Below, one piece after another: positions 1 through 10,018 of a DNA stretch of 64,000 bases (position 1 is its first letter; each line of letters starts with the position of its first letter). The DNA lies in assembly GCA_947090195.1 (NCBI GenBank), contig CAMUND010000001.1, positions 12,236-76,235 on the forward strand. The letters are read 5' to 3'. The translations under genes and the position numbers were made by a program. Origin of the DNA: an uncultured Muribaculaceae bacterium (GTDB taxonomy: Bacteria > Bacteroidota > Bacteroidia > Bacteroidales > Muribaculaceae). A model generated the notes under the pieces. That model saw nothing but the letters and a program-made list of their open reading frames with translations, was not told the DNA's origin and searched no databases.

Positions 1-842
1 ACACCGGCTTGCTTGATGTTTTTCTCCGATATGGCTATGGCTTTCGGGGATATGTCAGAACCGTAGATGGTGCCGGCAAATGAGCGTTCGTTGGAGTCGT
101 CGTTGTAAAGCGACTCGAATAGCTCCTCGTCGAAGTCGTTCCAGTTCTCAAACGCAAACTTCTTTCGGTAGACACCGGGATTTATGTTGGCGGCTATTAA
201 TGCAGCTTCGATCAGGAATGTTCCGGAACCGCACATGGGATCCACGAGCGGGGTGGAGCCGTCCCATCCGCTTTTGAGGATGATGCCGGCGGCAAGCACT
301 TCGTTGATGGGAGCCTCAGTCTGCGCCACACGGTAGCCGCGGCGGTGCAGCGATTCGCCCGACGAGTCGAGGGAGAATGTCACACGGTTTTCGTCGATGT
401 GCACGTTAAGCATCACGTCGGCATCCTGAAGACGCACTCCGGGACGCTTGTCGGCTCCGTATTTGTCTTTGAAATGGTCCACAATCGCGTCCTTGACTCT
501 ATAGGTCACATAGCGGGAGTGGGTGAATATGTCGGAATTGACCACCGGGTCGATGGAGAAAGTGGAGTCCACACTCAGTATCGATTCCCAGTCAAACTCC
601 TTGGTCATGTCGTAGAGGGTGTCGGCATCCTCGGCAGTAAACTTAAAAATAGGTTTAAGGATTCTCAGGGCTGTACGGCAGCACAGGTTGGCTTTGTAAA
701 GCATTTCGGTGTCGCCTTCGAATGACACCATTCGCCGTCCCGGGGTGACGTTTTCGGCACCGAGGTTACGTAGTTCGTCGGCTAATATCTCTTCAAGACC
801 TTGGAAGGTCTTGGCTACCATTTCAAAATTTTCTGTATTCAT
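1..842 (-). CDS. THUMP-domain class I SAM-dependent RNA methyltransferase (RlmL/YpsC-like), 3' part runs off the window
   Basis: Manual minus-strand translation from ATG at 842: MNTENFEMVAKTFQGLEEILADEL...SLDSSGESLHRRGYR...APINEVLAAGII...LVDPMCGSGTFLIEAA, the THUMP + N6-methylase motifs. It is absent from the ORF track because it has no stop in the window. Confidence 0.9.
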   Translation of the reverse strand, partial: MNTENFEMVAKTFQGLEEILADELRNLGAENVTPGRRMVSFEGDTEMLYKANLCCRTALRILKPIFKFTAEDADTLYDMTKEFDWESILSVDSTFSIDPVVNSDIFTHSRYVTYRVKDAIVDHFKDKYGADKRPGVRLQDADVMLNVHIDENRVTFSLDSSGESLHRRGYRVAQTEAPINEVLAAGIILKSGWDGSTPLVDPMCGSGTFLIEAALIAANINPGVYRKKFAFENWNDFDEELFESLYNDDSNERSFAGTIYGSDISPKAIAISEKNIKQAG

Positions 843-849
843 AGTGGGA

Positions 850-1779
850 TTACTGCTTAAGTCTTAAAACATTGTTGGCGTTAGCCTTTGCCTGGATGAG
901 CCGTTCACCGGGAGCCACATCGTCAGTGACCCAGATGTTACCTCCTATTATGGCGTTGTCGCCTATGGTGATGCGTCCCAGGATGGAGGCATTGGAGTAT
1001 ATGATTACATTGTTTCCTATTATAGGATGTCGAGGTTCCCCCTTTACAGGATTTCCGTCCTTATCCAGGTCGAAGCTCTTGGCTCCGAGGGTCACGCCCT
1101 GATATATCTTCACGTTGTTGCCTATGCGCGCGGTCGCGCCTATCACGATGCCTGTGCCGTGGTCGATGGTGAACGATTCGCCTATTGTCGCGGCTGGGTG
1201 TATGTCTATGCCGGTTTCGGAATGCGCCATCTCGCTTATCATGCGTGGTATTATGGGCACGTCGAGGGTTATCAGCGCATGGGCTATGCGGTGGTTGCAT
1301 ATGGCTCTTATTCCGGGATAGCAGTATAGCACTTCGCTTGTGGATATAGCCGCAGGGTCGCCGAGATAGGTGGCTTTTACGTCGAGGTTGAGCAGCCGGC
1401 GCAGTTCGGGGAGCTGTTTTATGTAGTTTGCCGCCTTGATTTTTGCCGAAGCTTCAAGCGCCTCATAGTCAATGAATGAGCCGTTGAATTCCATAGCCAC
1501 GCCGGCAAGTATCTGCTTTGCAAGGATTTTAAACAGCTTTTCCGCCCACAGCCCGTTGAAATAAAGCACGTTTTCACGGGTGATGTCGGGGTCGCCGAAA
1601 AATGCCGGGAACAATAGTGCGCGTGACAGGTTAATAATCTCTTTTACCGCTGCCTGTGAAGGCAATGGCTCGCCATGCCAACGTGTGGGGCGCACATTGG
1701 GAAAATTATCTTCCGATGACAGTTGCTTCACGACCTCTTGTATAGCCGTTTCGCAAGATGGAGCAGTGATTCCTGACAT
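850..1779 (-). CDS. cysE: Serine O-acetyltransferase
   Basis: DVKATYLGDPAA, YPGIRAICNHRIAH, GIDIHPAATIG, IDHGTGIVIGAT and IYQGVTLG hexapeptide motifs. Confidence 0.92.
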   Translation of the reverse strand: MSGITAPSCETAIQEVVKQLSSEDNFPNVRPTRWHGEPLPSQAAVKEIINLSRALLFPAFFGDPDITRENVLYFNGLWAEKLFKILAKQILAGVAMEFNGSFIDYEALEASAKIKAANYIKQLPELRRLLNLDVKATYLGDPAAISTSEVLYCYPGIRAICNHRIAHALITLDVPIIPRMISEMAHSETGIDIHPAATIGESFTIDHGTGIVIGATARIGNNVKIYQGVTLGAKSFDLDKDGNPVKGEPRHPIIGNNVIIYSNASILGRITIGDNAIIGGNIWVTDDVAPGERLIQAKANANNVLRLKQ

Positions 1780-2018
1780 TTTAATGTTACTGATGATAGT
1801 TACTGCCTATCGGGCGCAAAATTAGCTTTTTTTTTTCACTCCCACAACATTGAACGGGATTAATTCTTTTACTCTGCCGGGATGCTCGATGGCGCATATA
1901 TACATTATTAATATAGGGATTAGTATAGCTATTGGTAATTAATATCGCGATTTGTATAAAAATTGAGTTCTATATAAAAATAAATGTTAAAAAATAATGA
2001 GAATACAAAAAATATGCT

Positions 2019-2026
2019 TACTTTTG
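2019..2026 (+). promoter_or_regulatory. Bacteroidetes sigma-70 -7 box (TAnnTTTG)
   Basis: TACTTTTG about 65 bp upstream of the 2090 start codon, in an AT-rich intergenic region. Confidence 0.55.
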
Positions 2027-2089
2027 CGAGTGCATCTATAGTATATTAGAGAAAAACTAAATCATGAACGTTAAAACACATTTTAACCA

Positions 2090-4099
2090 ATGAAAGTAAA
2101 AAGCTTATTAAAAATTGTACTTGGCTCACTGATTCTTGCGTCGTGTGCTCCCGAGATGGAGGAGATACCGGCGGAGGAACTCTACCTGCGTGATTTTATA
2201 AAGAAGTACGGTATCATCGATCCGAACCAAAACTGGAGTCTCGCTTCCAATGAAGTTATGAGTGTGAGAGGCGCAGGCGGTGCGGAGGCTAAAATCTATG
2301 TTGAAATCAAGGGCAAGCGATACATTGTCGCCGACTATAAGAATATAGCCGATCCCGCGGCTTTGACTTTTGACATCCCGTCGGGAATGAAGGATGTGAT
2401 AGTGAAGGTCAACGGCAAGGAGTACCCTACTAAAGTAGGCTCAACCGTCGACGCTTCCGCTGCAAGGTCAAGAGCAATTGCCGAAGGAACTAAAACTGTC
2501 GATGGGGTTACGTTGACATATGGTTATACTGAGGGAGAGAAGATAATATTTTCAAAATCAATTGATAATTTTTTAAAGTATATTCCTGAAGAGGTAAATA
2601 ATTCCGGGAATGTGATTTCTAACTTTTCTTTCGTATCTAAAAAGGATAAAGAAGTTATTTTTTACCCATTGTTTTGGAATACCAGTTCCTCTCATGTAGT
2701 GGGGGTTTATTGGTTTGATGAAAATGGTGATTTCAATTGGTTTGATGAAAGCAAGGAATATGCTCCCGGAAAACCGGAACCGGAAGGTGGATTTTATAGC
2801 CTTAATGGATGGGAATCGTCTAAATGGAATAAACCGGCGATAGATTACTCTCATATGCAGGATTTGTATTGGGTAAGGACCGGTGAATTAAAATATTGTG
2901 GGGATAAGCATGACAATATAAGTGACTATGAATCCTCAACGTTTGATGTACTGGCGAAATCTAATAGTTCGTATACACCTAATGATGGAGGCGCATTCAA
3001 AACTAAGGGTATAAAGTTCAAATTTAATAAAGATGGTATAAAATATGGATTTTATATTAAAGTTAAAAATGGTATTGATCCATTAGGCGGTCAGGAGGAT
3101 GGTAACTCTACAGTATTTGACCATATACTTTTCTCCCAGTCAAAAAGGAATGAACTTTTTGGTAAATTTGGAATATATAAAGTTTCCGATAATGATAATT
3201 ATATTGTTTCTGCCAAAAATATGACTGAAGAAATGGCAGAAAAGGTGTCATTTGAATCTAATTGGAGATTAGATGGGGATAAATCGTATAATAAATATGT
3301 ATGGAGTCATCCGTGGAAGGATGTCTCGGAGGGTGATGAGTATGTAAGTGCTTCTTATCTTACATTGCCATCGTCTGAAACCCATGATGGTAAAGTAAGG
3401 TCATTCTTTGCATTTGAAGATTGGCGAGAGAATAAGCCTGACTTGAATGATGTAGTGTTTATGTTCGAGGAAGAGCAGGATGTTGATATTATTGATGAGG
3501 ATGATCCTAATCCTCCGACTCCCCCTACCCCTGATGAGCCGCTGCCATGGACATTGGCTGTAGAGGACTTGGGCGAGAGCGATGACTATGATTTCAATGA
3601 CCTTGTGCTTGAAATAACTCATGTTGCCGGAACCAATGAAGCTACAGTAAAGGCACTTGCTGCCGGCGGTATTATGCCTATATATGTGAAATATGGCGAA
3701 GAGCTGATTGCCGAGACTCATGTGAACCAGTGGCTTGGTTCAAAGGACCACACTGTGATGATCAACACCGGTGCCGGTGCCACCGGAACTCATAGCACTC
3801 CTATTACTATAAAGGTTGGCGAGAACGAGAAGATTGATGACATCATCGCAAAGTTCACCATAGTAGTAAAGACCGGTGAAGGTGACGAAGAAGGAACTCG
3901 TGCAGTGGAGATAACCAAAACCAAACATGGTGAAGTGGGCACAACTCCATTGATGCTTCTGCTCGACCATGACTGGGAATGGCCTAAAGAACGAGTTTCG
4001 ATTGAGACTGCCTATCCTAAATTTACTGAATGGGTTGGTACTCCAGAAGTAGATTGGATTATCTCCAAAGTTGAAGAAAATGTAATAAAGAGACAATAA
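2090..4099 (+). CDS. LruC/DUF4842-type surface lipoprotein
   Basis: Lipoprotein signal (ILASC); C-terminal LAVEDLGESDDYDFNDLVL and LLLDHDWEWPKERVSIETAYPKFTEW motifs typical of the LruC/DUF4842 domain; Pro-rich linker NPPTPPTPDEP. Confidence 0.75.
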   Translation: MKVKSLLKIVLGSLILASCAPEMEEIPAEELYLRDFIKKYGIIDPNQNWSLASNEVMSVRGAGGAEAKIYVEIKGKRYIVADYKNIADPAALTFDIPSGMKDVIVKVNGKEYPTKVGSTVDASAARSRAIAEGTKTVDGVTLTYGYTEGEKIIFSKSIDNFLKYIPEEVNNSGNVISNFSFVSKKDKEVIFYPLFWNTSSSHVVGVYWFDENGDFNWFDESKEYAPGKPEPEGGFYSLNGWESSKWNKPAIDYSHMQDLYWVRTGELKYCGDKHDNISDYESSTFDVLAKSNSSYTPNDGGAFKTKGIKFKFNKDGIKYGFYIKVKNGIDPLGGQEDGNSTVFDHILFSQSKRNELFGKFGIYKVSDNDNYIVSAKNMTEEMAEKVSFESNWRLDGDKSYNKYVWSHPWKDVSEGDEYVSASYLTLPSSETHDGKVRSFFAFEDWRENKPDLNDVVFMFEEEQDVDIIDEDDPNPPTPPTPDEPLPWTLAVEDLGESDDYDFNDLVLEITHVAGTNEATVKALAAGGIMPIYVKYGEELIAETHVNQWLGSKDHTVMINTGAGATGTHSTPITIKVGENEKIDDIIAKFTIVVKTGEGDEEGTRAVEITKTKHGEVGTTPLMLLLDHDWEWPKERVSIETAYPKFTEWVGTPEVDWIISKVEENVIKRQ

Positions 4100-4213
4100 A
4101 AATGAGATAATTACGTTATTTCGGTAAAGATGATAATAAAAATATAAAAATGGTTAACATTTTTCATGTTGAAAGAACAGAGGGATGAATTTGATGGAAA
4201 TTAATAGTGATTG

Positions 4214-4246
4214 GTGTCTTTGCGTGAGCAAAGGCACTTTTTTTTT
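4214..4246 (+). terminator. Rho-independent terminator
   Basis: GTGTCTTTGC-GTGA-GCAAAGGCAC hairpin followed by a T run. Confidence 0.75.
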
Positions 4247-4319
4247 CGCATAGGTGCCGGTGAACTTTGTTCATAGGGAGGTGTTTTTCTATTATAAGAT
4301 AAAAAAACACATTCATACT

Positions 4320-5042
4320 ATGATTAAGGTAACATTTTTAGCCCATAGCGGCTTCGCAATCACCTCGAAGGAGGCAATTCTCGTGTTTGACTACTGTAAG
4401 GATCCCGCCCATGCCTTGCACAAGATATTCAACGACAATCCGGAACTGCCGGTGTTGTTTTTCGTAAGCCACCATCACACTGACCATCACAGCCCCGATA
4501 TCTACGAGATGGCTCAGAACCACGAGCGCACTTACATCCTGTCCAACGACGTGTACGGACAGAACATCCCATCCACTCTTGCAGTTGCCGGGATGAGCGC
4601 AGGCGACTCGCTTGAAAATCTGCCGGGAGGAGTGAGCGTAAAAGCATTCGGCTCCACCGACGCAGGTGTAAGCTTCCTTGTCACCCTCGCCGACGGAAAG
4701 CGTGTGTTCCATGCCGGCGACCTTAACGACTGGCACTGGAAGGACAGTTCCACCGAGCGTGAGGCGCAGAAAGCCGAGAGCCGGTTTGTGACTATCGTTG
4801 ACCGCATAGCCCAGGAGGTAAAGACGGTGGATGTGGCAATGTTCCCGGTGGACGAGCGTCAGGGCTCCGACTTCGCCAAGGGCGCAACCATCTTTACCGA
4901 CAAGATAGAGGTGAAGAACTTCTTCCCGATGCACTTCGGCGCTGACTTCAAGGGCGCGTGTGACTTCGGCGCTTACATAAAAAATACCGCCACCCGCTGC
5001 TTCTGCCTGAAGGATGTGGGCAAATCGGTGGATCTTGATTGA
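4320..5042 (+). CDS. MBL-fold metallo-hydrolase
   Basis: Starts MIKVTFLAHSGF; SHHHTDHH (HxHxDH) and FHAGDLNDWHW motifs. Start moved to ATG 4320 from the ORF-track GTG at 4254. Confidence 0.85.
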   Translation: MIKVTFLAHSGFAITSKEAILVFDYCKDPAHALHKIFNDNPELPVLFFVSHHHTDHHSPDIYEMAQNHERTYILSNDVYGQNIPSTLAVAGMSAGDSLENLPGGVSVKAFGSTDAGVSFLVTLADGKRVFHAGDLNDWHWKDSSTEREAQKAESRFVTIVDRIAQEVKTVDVAMFPVDERQGSDFAKGATIFTDKIEVKNFFPMHFGADFKGACDFGAYIKNTATRCFCLKDVGKSVDLD

Positions 5043-5067
5043 TAATTCTATGTGGAATACACAAATG

Positions 5068-5101
5068 CGGGAGCCGGTGAGTTCGGCTCCCGTTTTTTTT
5101 T
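5068..5101 (+). terminator. Rho-independent terminator
   Basis: CGGGAGCCG...CGGCTCCCG stem followed by 9 T. Confidence 0.8.
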
Positions 5102-5161
5102 GTAGTAAATGAGGATGCGGTGAGGTAATATTGCGGCGGCTATGTCCGTTATATAGTTACT

Positions 5162-7144
5162 ATGAATCGTATCGTGGTGCATATCCTGTGGGTAGCGGCG
5201 TTGGGAGTGATGCTGCTGATGCAGTCGTGCGGGGCGGCGAAGCTCTCCGTAGCCGACGAGCAGATGGAGCGTGGCGAATACCATGACGCGTCGCGCACCT
5301 ACCGCAAGGTGTACAATTCGCTCAAGAAGCGGGAGGACCGTCCGTTGCGCGGCGAAGTCGCCTACAAGATGGGGGTGTGTTATTCGCGGCTCAACCGGCA
5401 TCCGCAAGCCGCCGCGGCTTTCCGCAACGCCCTCCGCTACGAGTGGGACGATTCCACGGCTTATCTTCTGCTGGCGAAAAGCCTTCAGGCTGACGGGAAA
5501 TACCGGGATGCCGTGCAGGCTTACGAGGATTACCTTGCCACATCGCCCAAGGACGCGCGTGTAGCCGAAGTGGGCATCCAAGGATGCACGATAGCGCAGA
5601 GCCTTAAGAAAAATTCCACCCGTTACGTGGTGAAACGTCCCAAGCTGTTCAACTCTAACCGCGCCGACTTCGCCCCGATGTTCCTTGACGATGCACATGA
5701 CGTGCTTTACTTCACCACCACCAACGAGAAGGTCACCGGAACCGGTCACAGCGAGATAACCGGCATGAAGAAGGGTGACATATGGATGGTGAAGAAGAAC
5801 GAGCGAGGCGAGTGGCAGCGTCCCGAACCTGTGGAGGGGGGACTTAACACCGAGCATGACGAAGGTATAATATCGTTTTCGCCCGACGGGTCGACCATGT
5901 ATCTCACCCGTGCCCGGCGTGAACCGAATTCCGATACAGGAGTGGAGATTTTCACTTCGCAACGAAGCGACGCGCAGTGGAGCGCGCCGGTGAAACTGGA
6001 AATCACCGCCGACACCCTTTCCAATTACGGGCATCCGGCGGTGTCGCCTGACGGAACGTGGCTTTACTTTACATCCGACATGCCCGGTGGATTCGGCGGC
6101 AAGGACCTGTGGCGCATAAATCTGAAAGAGAGGGCAGGTTCGCTTGAAAACCTCGGCGAGTTCATCAACACTCCCGGCGATGAGGTGTTCCCCTACGTCA
6201 GGGAGGATTCGCTGCTTTACTTTTCGAGCAACGGGCATCCCGGACTGGGAGGGCTCGACATATACCGTGCCCGCAAGCAGCCCTCGGGGGGATGGAGCGT
6301 AACCAATATGGGCGTTCCGGTGAACTCCGCGCAGGATGACTTCGGAATCACTTTCGGCGAGGGCGAGAGCGGTTATTTCAGTTCCAACCGCGGCGATGCC
6401 CGCGGCTATGACCACATATTTTCTTTCCTTCTTCCTGACCTGCGCATCAACATCTCAGGCATGGTGACCGACCTCGACGAGGAGCCGGTGCCTAACGCCG
6501 TGATAAGGATTGTGGGTAACGACGGCTCCAACCGCAAGGCGGTGGGGAAGGTGGACGGGTCGTTTTCGTTTCCGCTGCAGCGCGGCGTGAGCTATGTCAT
6601 GTTGGCAGGAGCGAAGGGGTATCTCAACGCCAAGCAGGAATTTACTTCCGATGAGGCTGAGGAGGACGCGGAGTACACGGTGAACTTCATGCTTGCGTCG
6701 CTCACCAAGCCCAATGTGGTGGACAACATATTCTACGACTTCGACAAAGCCACATTGCGTCCGGAGTCCATGGTGGCTCTTGACTCGCTCGTGCAGGTGC
6801 TTAACGACAATCCTAACGTGACGATAGAGATGGGGTCGCACACTGACCGCAAAGGAACTGACGAATATAACATCAATCTGTCGCAGCGCAGGGCGCAATC
6901 GGTAATCGACTATCTGATAAAAGCCGGCATAAAGCCTGACCGCCTTAAGGCGCAGGGCTACGGCGAGTCGGTGCCGAAAACTATCACAAAGCGTCTTGCC
7001 CGCGCTTTCCCGCAGTTCAAGGAGGGGGACGTGCTCACTGAGGAGTATATCCTGGGGCTTGAAGAGCCTGACCAGGAAGCGGCTGACCAGATAAACCGGC
7101 GCACTGAGTTTCAGGTGCTGTCCATTGACTATAAAATGTATTGA
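5162..7144 (+). CDS. porE: TPR-PD40/WD40-CRD-OmpA lipoprotein, PorE-like (type IX secretion)
   Basis: Lipobox MQSC, N-terminal TPRs, PD40-type repeats (SFSPDGSTMYLT, HPAVSPDGTWLYFTSD, PGLGGLDIY), C-terminal OmpA domain (IFYDFDKATL...SHTD...NLSQRRAQSV...NRRTEF). Confidence 0.75.
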   Translation: MNRIVVHILWVAALGVMLLMQSCGAAKLSVADEQMERGEYHDASRTYRKVYNSLKKREDRPLRGEVAYKMGVCYSRLNRHPQAAAAFRNALRYEWDDSTAYLLLAKSLQADGKYRDAVQAYEDYLATSPKDARVAEVGIQGCTIAQSLKKNSTRYVVKRPKLFNSNRADFAPMFLDDAHDVLYFTTTNEKVTGTGHSEITGMKKGDIWMVKKNERGEWQRPEPVEGGLNTEHDEGIISFSPDGSTMYLTRARREPNSDTGVEIFTSQRSDAQWSAPVKLEITADTLSNYGHPAVSPDGTWLYFTSDMPGGFGGKDLWRINLKERAGSLENLGEFINTPGDEVFPYVREDSLLYFSSNGHPGLGGLDIYRARKQPSGGWSVTNMGVPVNSAQDDFGITFGEGESGYFSSNRGDARGYDHIFSFLLPDLRINISGMVTDLDEEPVPNAVIRIVGNDGSNRKAVGKVDGSFSFPLQRGVSYVMLAGAKGYLNAKQEFTSDEAEEDAEYTVNFMLASLTKPNVVDNIFYDFDKATLRPESMVALDSLVQVLNDNPNVTIEMGSHTDRKGTDEYNINLSQRRAQSVIDYLIKAGIKPDRLKAQGYGESVPKTITKRLARAFPQFKEGDVLTEEYILGLEEPDQEAADQINRRTEFQVLSIDYKMY

Positions 7145-7145
7145 C

Positions 7146-8126
7146 ATGATAGAATTCCGTACACCAGTGGCTCCGCTGAAGGGGCATGAAACGCTTATAT
7201 CGCATGACCGCGCGGTGGTGATGCTGGGTTCCTGCTTTTCCGACAATGTGGGACATGCCTTGCAGCGTGACATGCTGGACTGCGATGTGAACCCGTTCGG
7301 CACGCTTTACAATCCGGCTTCCATAGCCGGAGGACTTCTCGACCTGCTCTACGGGCGCAGCTACACCTTGCAGGACCTCTTTCAGCATGAAGGCGTGTGG
7401 CACAGCTTCGCACACCATTCGGCGTTTTCCGGCACTGACCCTGAGGAAGTGCTTGAACGCATCAACCGCAGGCTGCGTGAGTGCGTCGAGTCGTTGAGCC
7501 GTGCATCGGCGCTGGTGGTGACATTTGGCACGGCATGGATATTCCGTGAGAAGGCAAGCAATAAAGTGGTGGCTAACTGCCACAAGCTGCACCCTGACAC
7601 TTTTACCCGCGAGATGCTTTCAGTGACCTCCATAGCCGGGCTGTGGAAGAAGATGCTGCGCGAGGTGGCGGCGCGTTATCCTGACCTTAAGGTGATATTT
7701 ACGGTAAGCCCCATCAGGCATCTTGCCGACGGCGCCCACGGCAATCAGTTGAGCAAGTCCACGCTATTGCTTGCGGTGGACAAGTTGTGCGCCGAGTTCC
7801 CTGATATCGCGCTCTATTTCCCGGCTTATGAAATCATGATGGACGACCTGCGGGATTACCGGTTTTATGCCGCCGACATGGTGCATCCGTCGGATGTGGC
7901 GGTGAAATACATTTATGATGTCTTTAAACATTCGTTCATGGACGATGCAACCATGGCGCGCGCCAAAGAGCTTGCCAAGGTGACCGCCAAACTGTCGCAC
8001 CGTCCGTTGACGCAAGATGCGGATACATTGTCACGGATTAAGGCGGAAAATGACCGGATGGTGCAGGAATTGCTTGCCAAATACCCCTTCTTGCAGCACG
8101 CATTGGCACGGTTAGGCGATTTTTAG
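7146..8126 (+). CDS. GSCFA-domain protein (SGNH-like)
   Basis: LGSCFSDNVG, NPFGTLYNPASI, ITFGTAW, VANCHK, FTVSPIRH, YFPAYEIMMDDLRDYRFY. Confidence 0.88.
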   Translation: MIEFRTPVAPLKGHETLISHDRAVVMLGSCFSDNVGHALQRDMLDCDVNPFGTLYNPASIAGGLLDLLYGRSYTLQDLFQHEGVWHSFAHHSAFSGTDPEEVLERINRRLRECVESLSRASALVVTFGTAWIFREKASNKVVANCHKLHPDTFTREMLSVTSIAGLWKKMLREVAARYPDLKVIFTVSPIRHLADGAHGNQLSKSTLLLAVDKLCAEFPDIALYFPAYEIMMDDLRDYRFYAADMVHPSDVAVKYIYDVFKHSFMDDATMARAKELAKVTAKLSHRPLTQDADTLSRIKAENDRMVQELLAKYPFLQHALARLGDF

Positions 8127-8180
8127 GGAAATTATTAAATGAAATTTCTTAAATAAGTTATGAACATATGATTTTTTCAC

Positions 8181-8188
8181 TACCTTTG
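8181..8188 (+). promoter_or_regulatory. Bacteroidetes -7 box
   Basis: TACCTTTG upstream of the ROK gene. Confidence 0.55.
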
Positions 8189-8280
8189 TAAAAGAATGTC
8201 TAATGTTTTCTTCAAAGGTTACTTTGGACGAAAGATATTTTACTCAGAAAACACTATTACTTAACTAAAACTTAATAACT

Positions 8281-9282
8281 ATGAGCAAACCTTATGTAAT
8301 TGGTATCGACATAGGCGGCACTAACACTGTGTTTGGTATTGTCGATGCAAGAGGCAACGTAATTGGAAGCAGTTCCATTAAAACAGGAAAGTACGCTGAC
8401 ATCAACGATTATATTGCTGAGCTTAGAACCGCTCTTAATACACTCATCCAGTTCCATGACGCTGAAGGTAAGATTCATGGCATAGGAGTAGGCGCTCCTA
8501 ACGCCAACTATTTCACCGGATGCATAGAGATGGCTCCCAACCTTCCGTGGAAGGGAAGAATCCCCTTGGCTCAGCTTCTCAACGAGGCTTTCGGCGTGCC
8601 TGTGGCTATAACCAATGATGCCAACGCAGCCGCCATAGGCGAGATGACTTACGGTGTGGCTCGGGGCATGAAGGACTTCATCATGATTACCCTCGGCACA
8701 GGAGTGGGAAGCGGTATCGTGGTAAACGGTCAGCTGGTGTACGGTCATGACGGTTTCGCCGGCGAACTCGGTCACGTGATTGTGAAGCCTTCCAATGGAC
8801 GTATGTGTGGTTGCGGCCGCACTGGATGTCTTGAGGCTTACTGCTCCGCTACCGGAGTGGCACGCACCGCAAGAGAATTCCTGGAAATACGCACCGATGC
8901 GTCGTCCATGCGTAATCTTCCCATCGAAGAGATCACTTCAAAGGATGTTTATGACGCTGCCATGGCAGGCGATAAACTCGCTAAGGAAGTGTTTGACTAC
9001 ACCGGCAATATCATGGGACGCGCGTTTGCCAACTTCGTGGCATTCTCCAGCCCTGAGGCTATTGTGCTCTTCGGCGGACTCGCTCGTTCGGGCGAACTGC
9101 TTATGAAGCCGTTGAAAGAATCGATGGAACGCAATATGCTTCCTATCTTCAAGGGTAAGACTAAACTTCTTCTTTCGGAATTGAAGGAAAGCGATGCCGC
9201 CGTGCTCGGAGCAAGCGCTCTGGGTTGGGAAGCTCGGTCCACTTCGACTCCTCCCACACCCTCAGTGGAACCTGTGGTGTGA
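8281..9282 (+). CDS. ROK-family sugar kinase (glucokinase-like)
   Basis: IGIDIGGTN, ITNDANAAAIGE, TLGTGVGSG, GELGHVIV, CGCGRTGCLEAY zinc motif. Confidence 0.92.
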   Translation: MSKPYVIGIDIGGTNTVFGIVDARGNVIGSSSIKTGKYADINDYIAELRTALNTLIQFHDAEGKIHGIGVGAPNANYFTGCIEMAPNLPWKGRIPLAQLLNEAFGVPVAITNDANAAAIGEMTYGVARGMKDFIMITLGTGVGSGIVVNGQLVYGHDGFAGELGHVIVKPSNGRMCGCGRTGCLEAYCSATGVARTAREFLEIRTDASSMRNLPIEEITSKDVYDAAMAGDKLAKEVFDYTGNIMGRAFANFVAFSSPEAIVLFGGLARSGELLMKPLKESMERNMLPIFKGKTKLLLSELKESDAAVLGASALGWEARSTSTPPTPSVEPVV

Positions 9283-9301
9283 CAAAATAAAAAAAATTGA
9301 C

Positions 9302-9352
9302 GTATAGCAAAAAGAAGGATTGCTCTCAGAGCAATCCTTCTTTTTGCTATAC
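9302..9352. terminator. Bidirectional terminator between convergent genes
   Basis: Perfect 24-bp inverted repeat GTATAGCAAAAAGAAGGATTGCTC-TCA-GAGCAATCCTTCTTTTTGCTATAC. Confidence 0.85.
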
Positions 9353-9372
9353 TGTTTTTGTCGAATTGGAGC

Positions 9373-9915
9373 TTATTCAGCGGGACGCTTGTCCACGATT
9401 ACACGGGGGTCAATGGCGTTGGTAGCGTCTTTTGCGGGGATTTCCGGTTCTTTAAGGGTGAAAATCCAGCCGTTCTCCATCTTCATGGGGTTGAACATCA
9501 GCGACATTGAAGGAGCATTGCCGTTAGCGTCCTTCTCGCCGAAGAATGTGCGGTACTTCAAGTCGTTAAGCTTGGGAAGAGAGAAAGCGTAGTAGTCAAT
9601 CTCGTAGTCGAGCACGGGGAACGCCTGGAAACGAGCCTTAAGATTGTTGCGGGTCTCTTCCGAGATAGGTTGGGGATTGCCCTCATTGAAGCTGTAAAGG
9701 TTGTCAAGGAGATAGTCGACATTGCCGGCTTTCAAGCTATCCATGAAAGCAGCACCCATAGAGAGCACTTCGGTGGTGTCGGACGCATTGAGTGTGGATG
9801 AGAATTCTTCTTCAGCCTGTTCGAGGGTCACATATTCGACCTTTTCTTCTTTTTTGCCGCCGCAGCTTGCAAGAAGGAGCGCGGCGAGTCCTAATACGTA
9901 ATAGGTAATTTTCAT
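9373..9915 (-). CDS. Uncharacterised lipoprotein
   Basis: MKITYYVLGLAALLLASC lipoprotein signal from ATG 9915; the longer ORF-track start lies inside the 9-mer repeats. Confidence 0.7.
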   Translation of the reverse strand: MKITYYVLGLAALLLASCGGKKEEKVEYVTLEQAEEEFSSTLNASDTTEVLSMGAAFMDSLKAGNVDYLLDNLYSFNEGNPQPISEETRNNLKARFQAFPVLDYEIDYYAFSLPKLNDLKYRTFFGEKDANGNAPSMSLMFNPMKMENGWIFTLKEPEIPAKDATNAIDPRVIVDKRPAE

Positions 9916-10018
9916 AATTCTAATATTGAAATCGTTGCGCAAAATTACAAAAAGTTTCTTATATTTACCTATAAAAATGGATGCTTTGTGAATATTCCGC
10001 AGGAATAATGTTATAAAT

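Noticed and set aside
2090-4099. Diversity-generating retroelement target
   Set aside because: No reverse transcriptase or template/variable repeat pair was seen in the window.
5048-6415. Long antisense ORFs (5048-6415, 6455-7303, 12989-13753, 18370-19200, 47399-48244, 45245-46006)
   Set aside because: They are shadow frames opposite well-supported genes, with no recognisable motifs; expected from codon bias.
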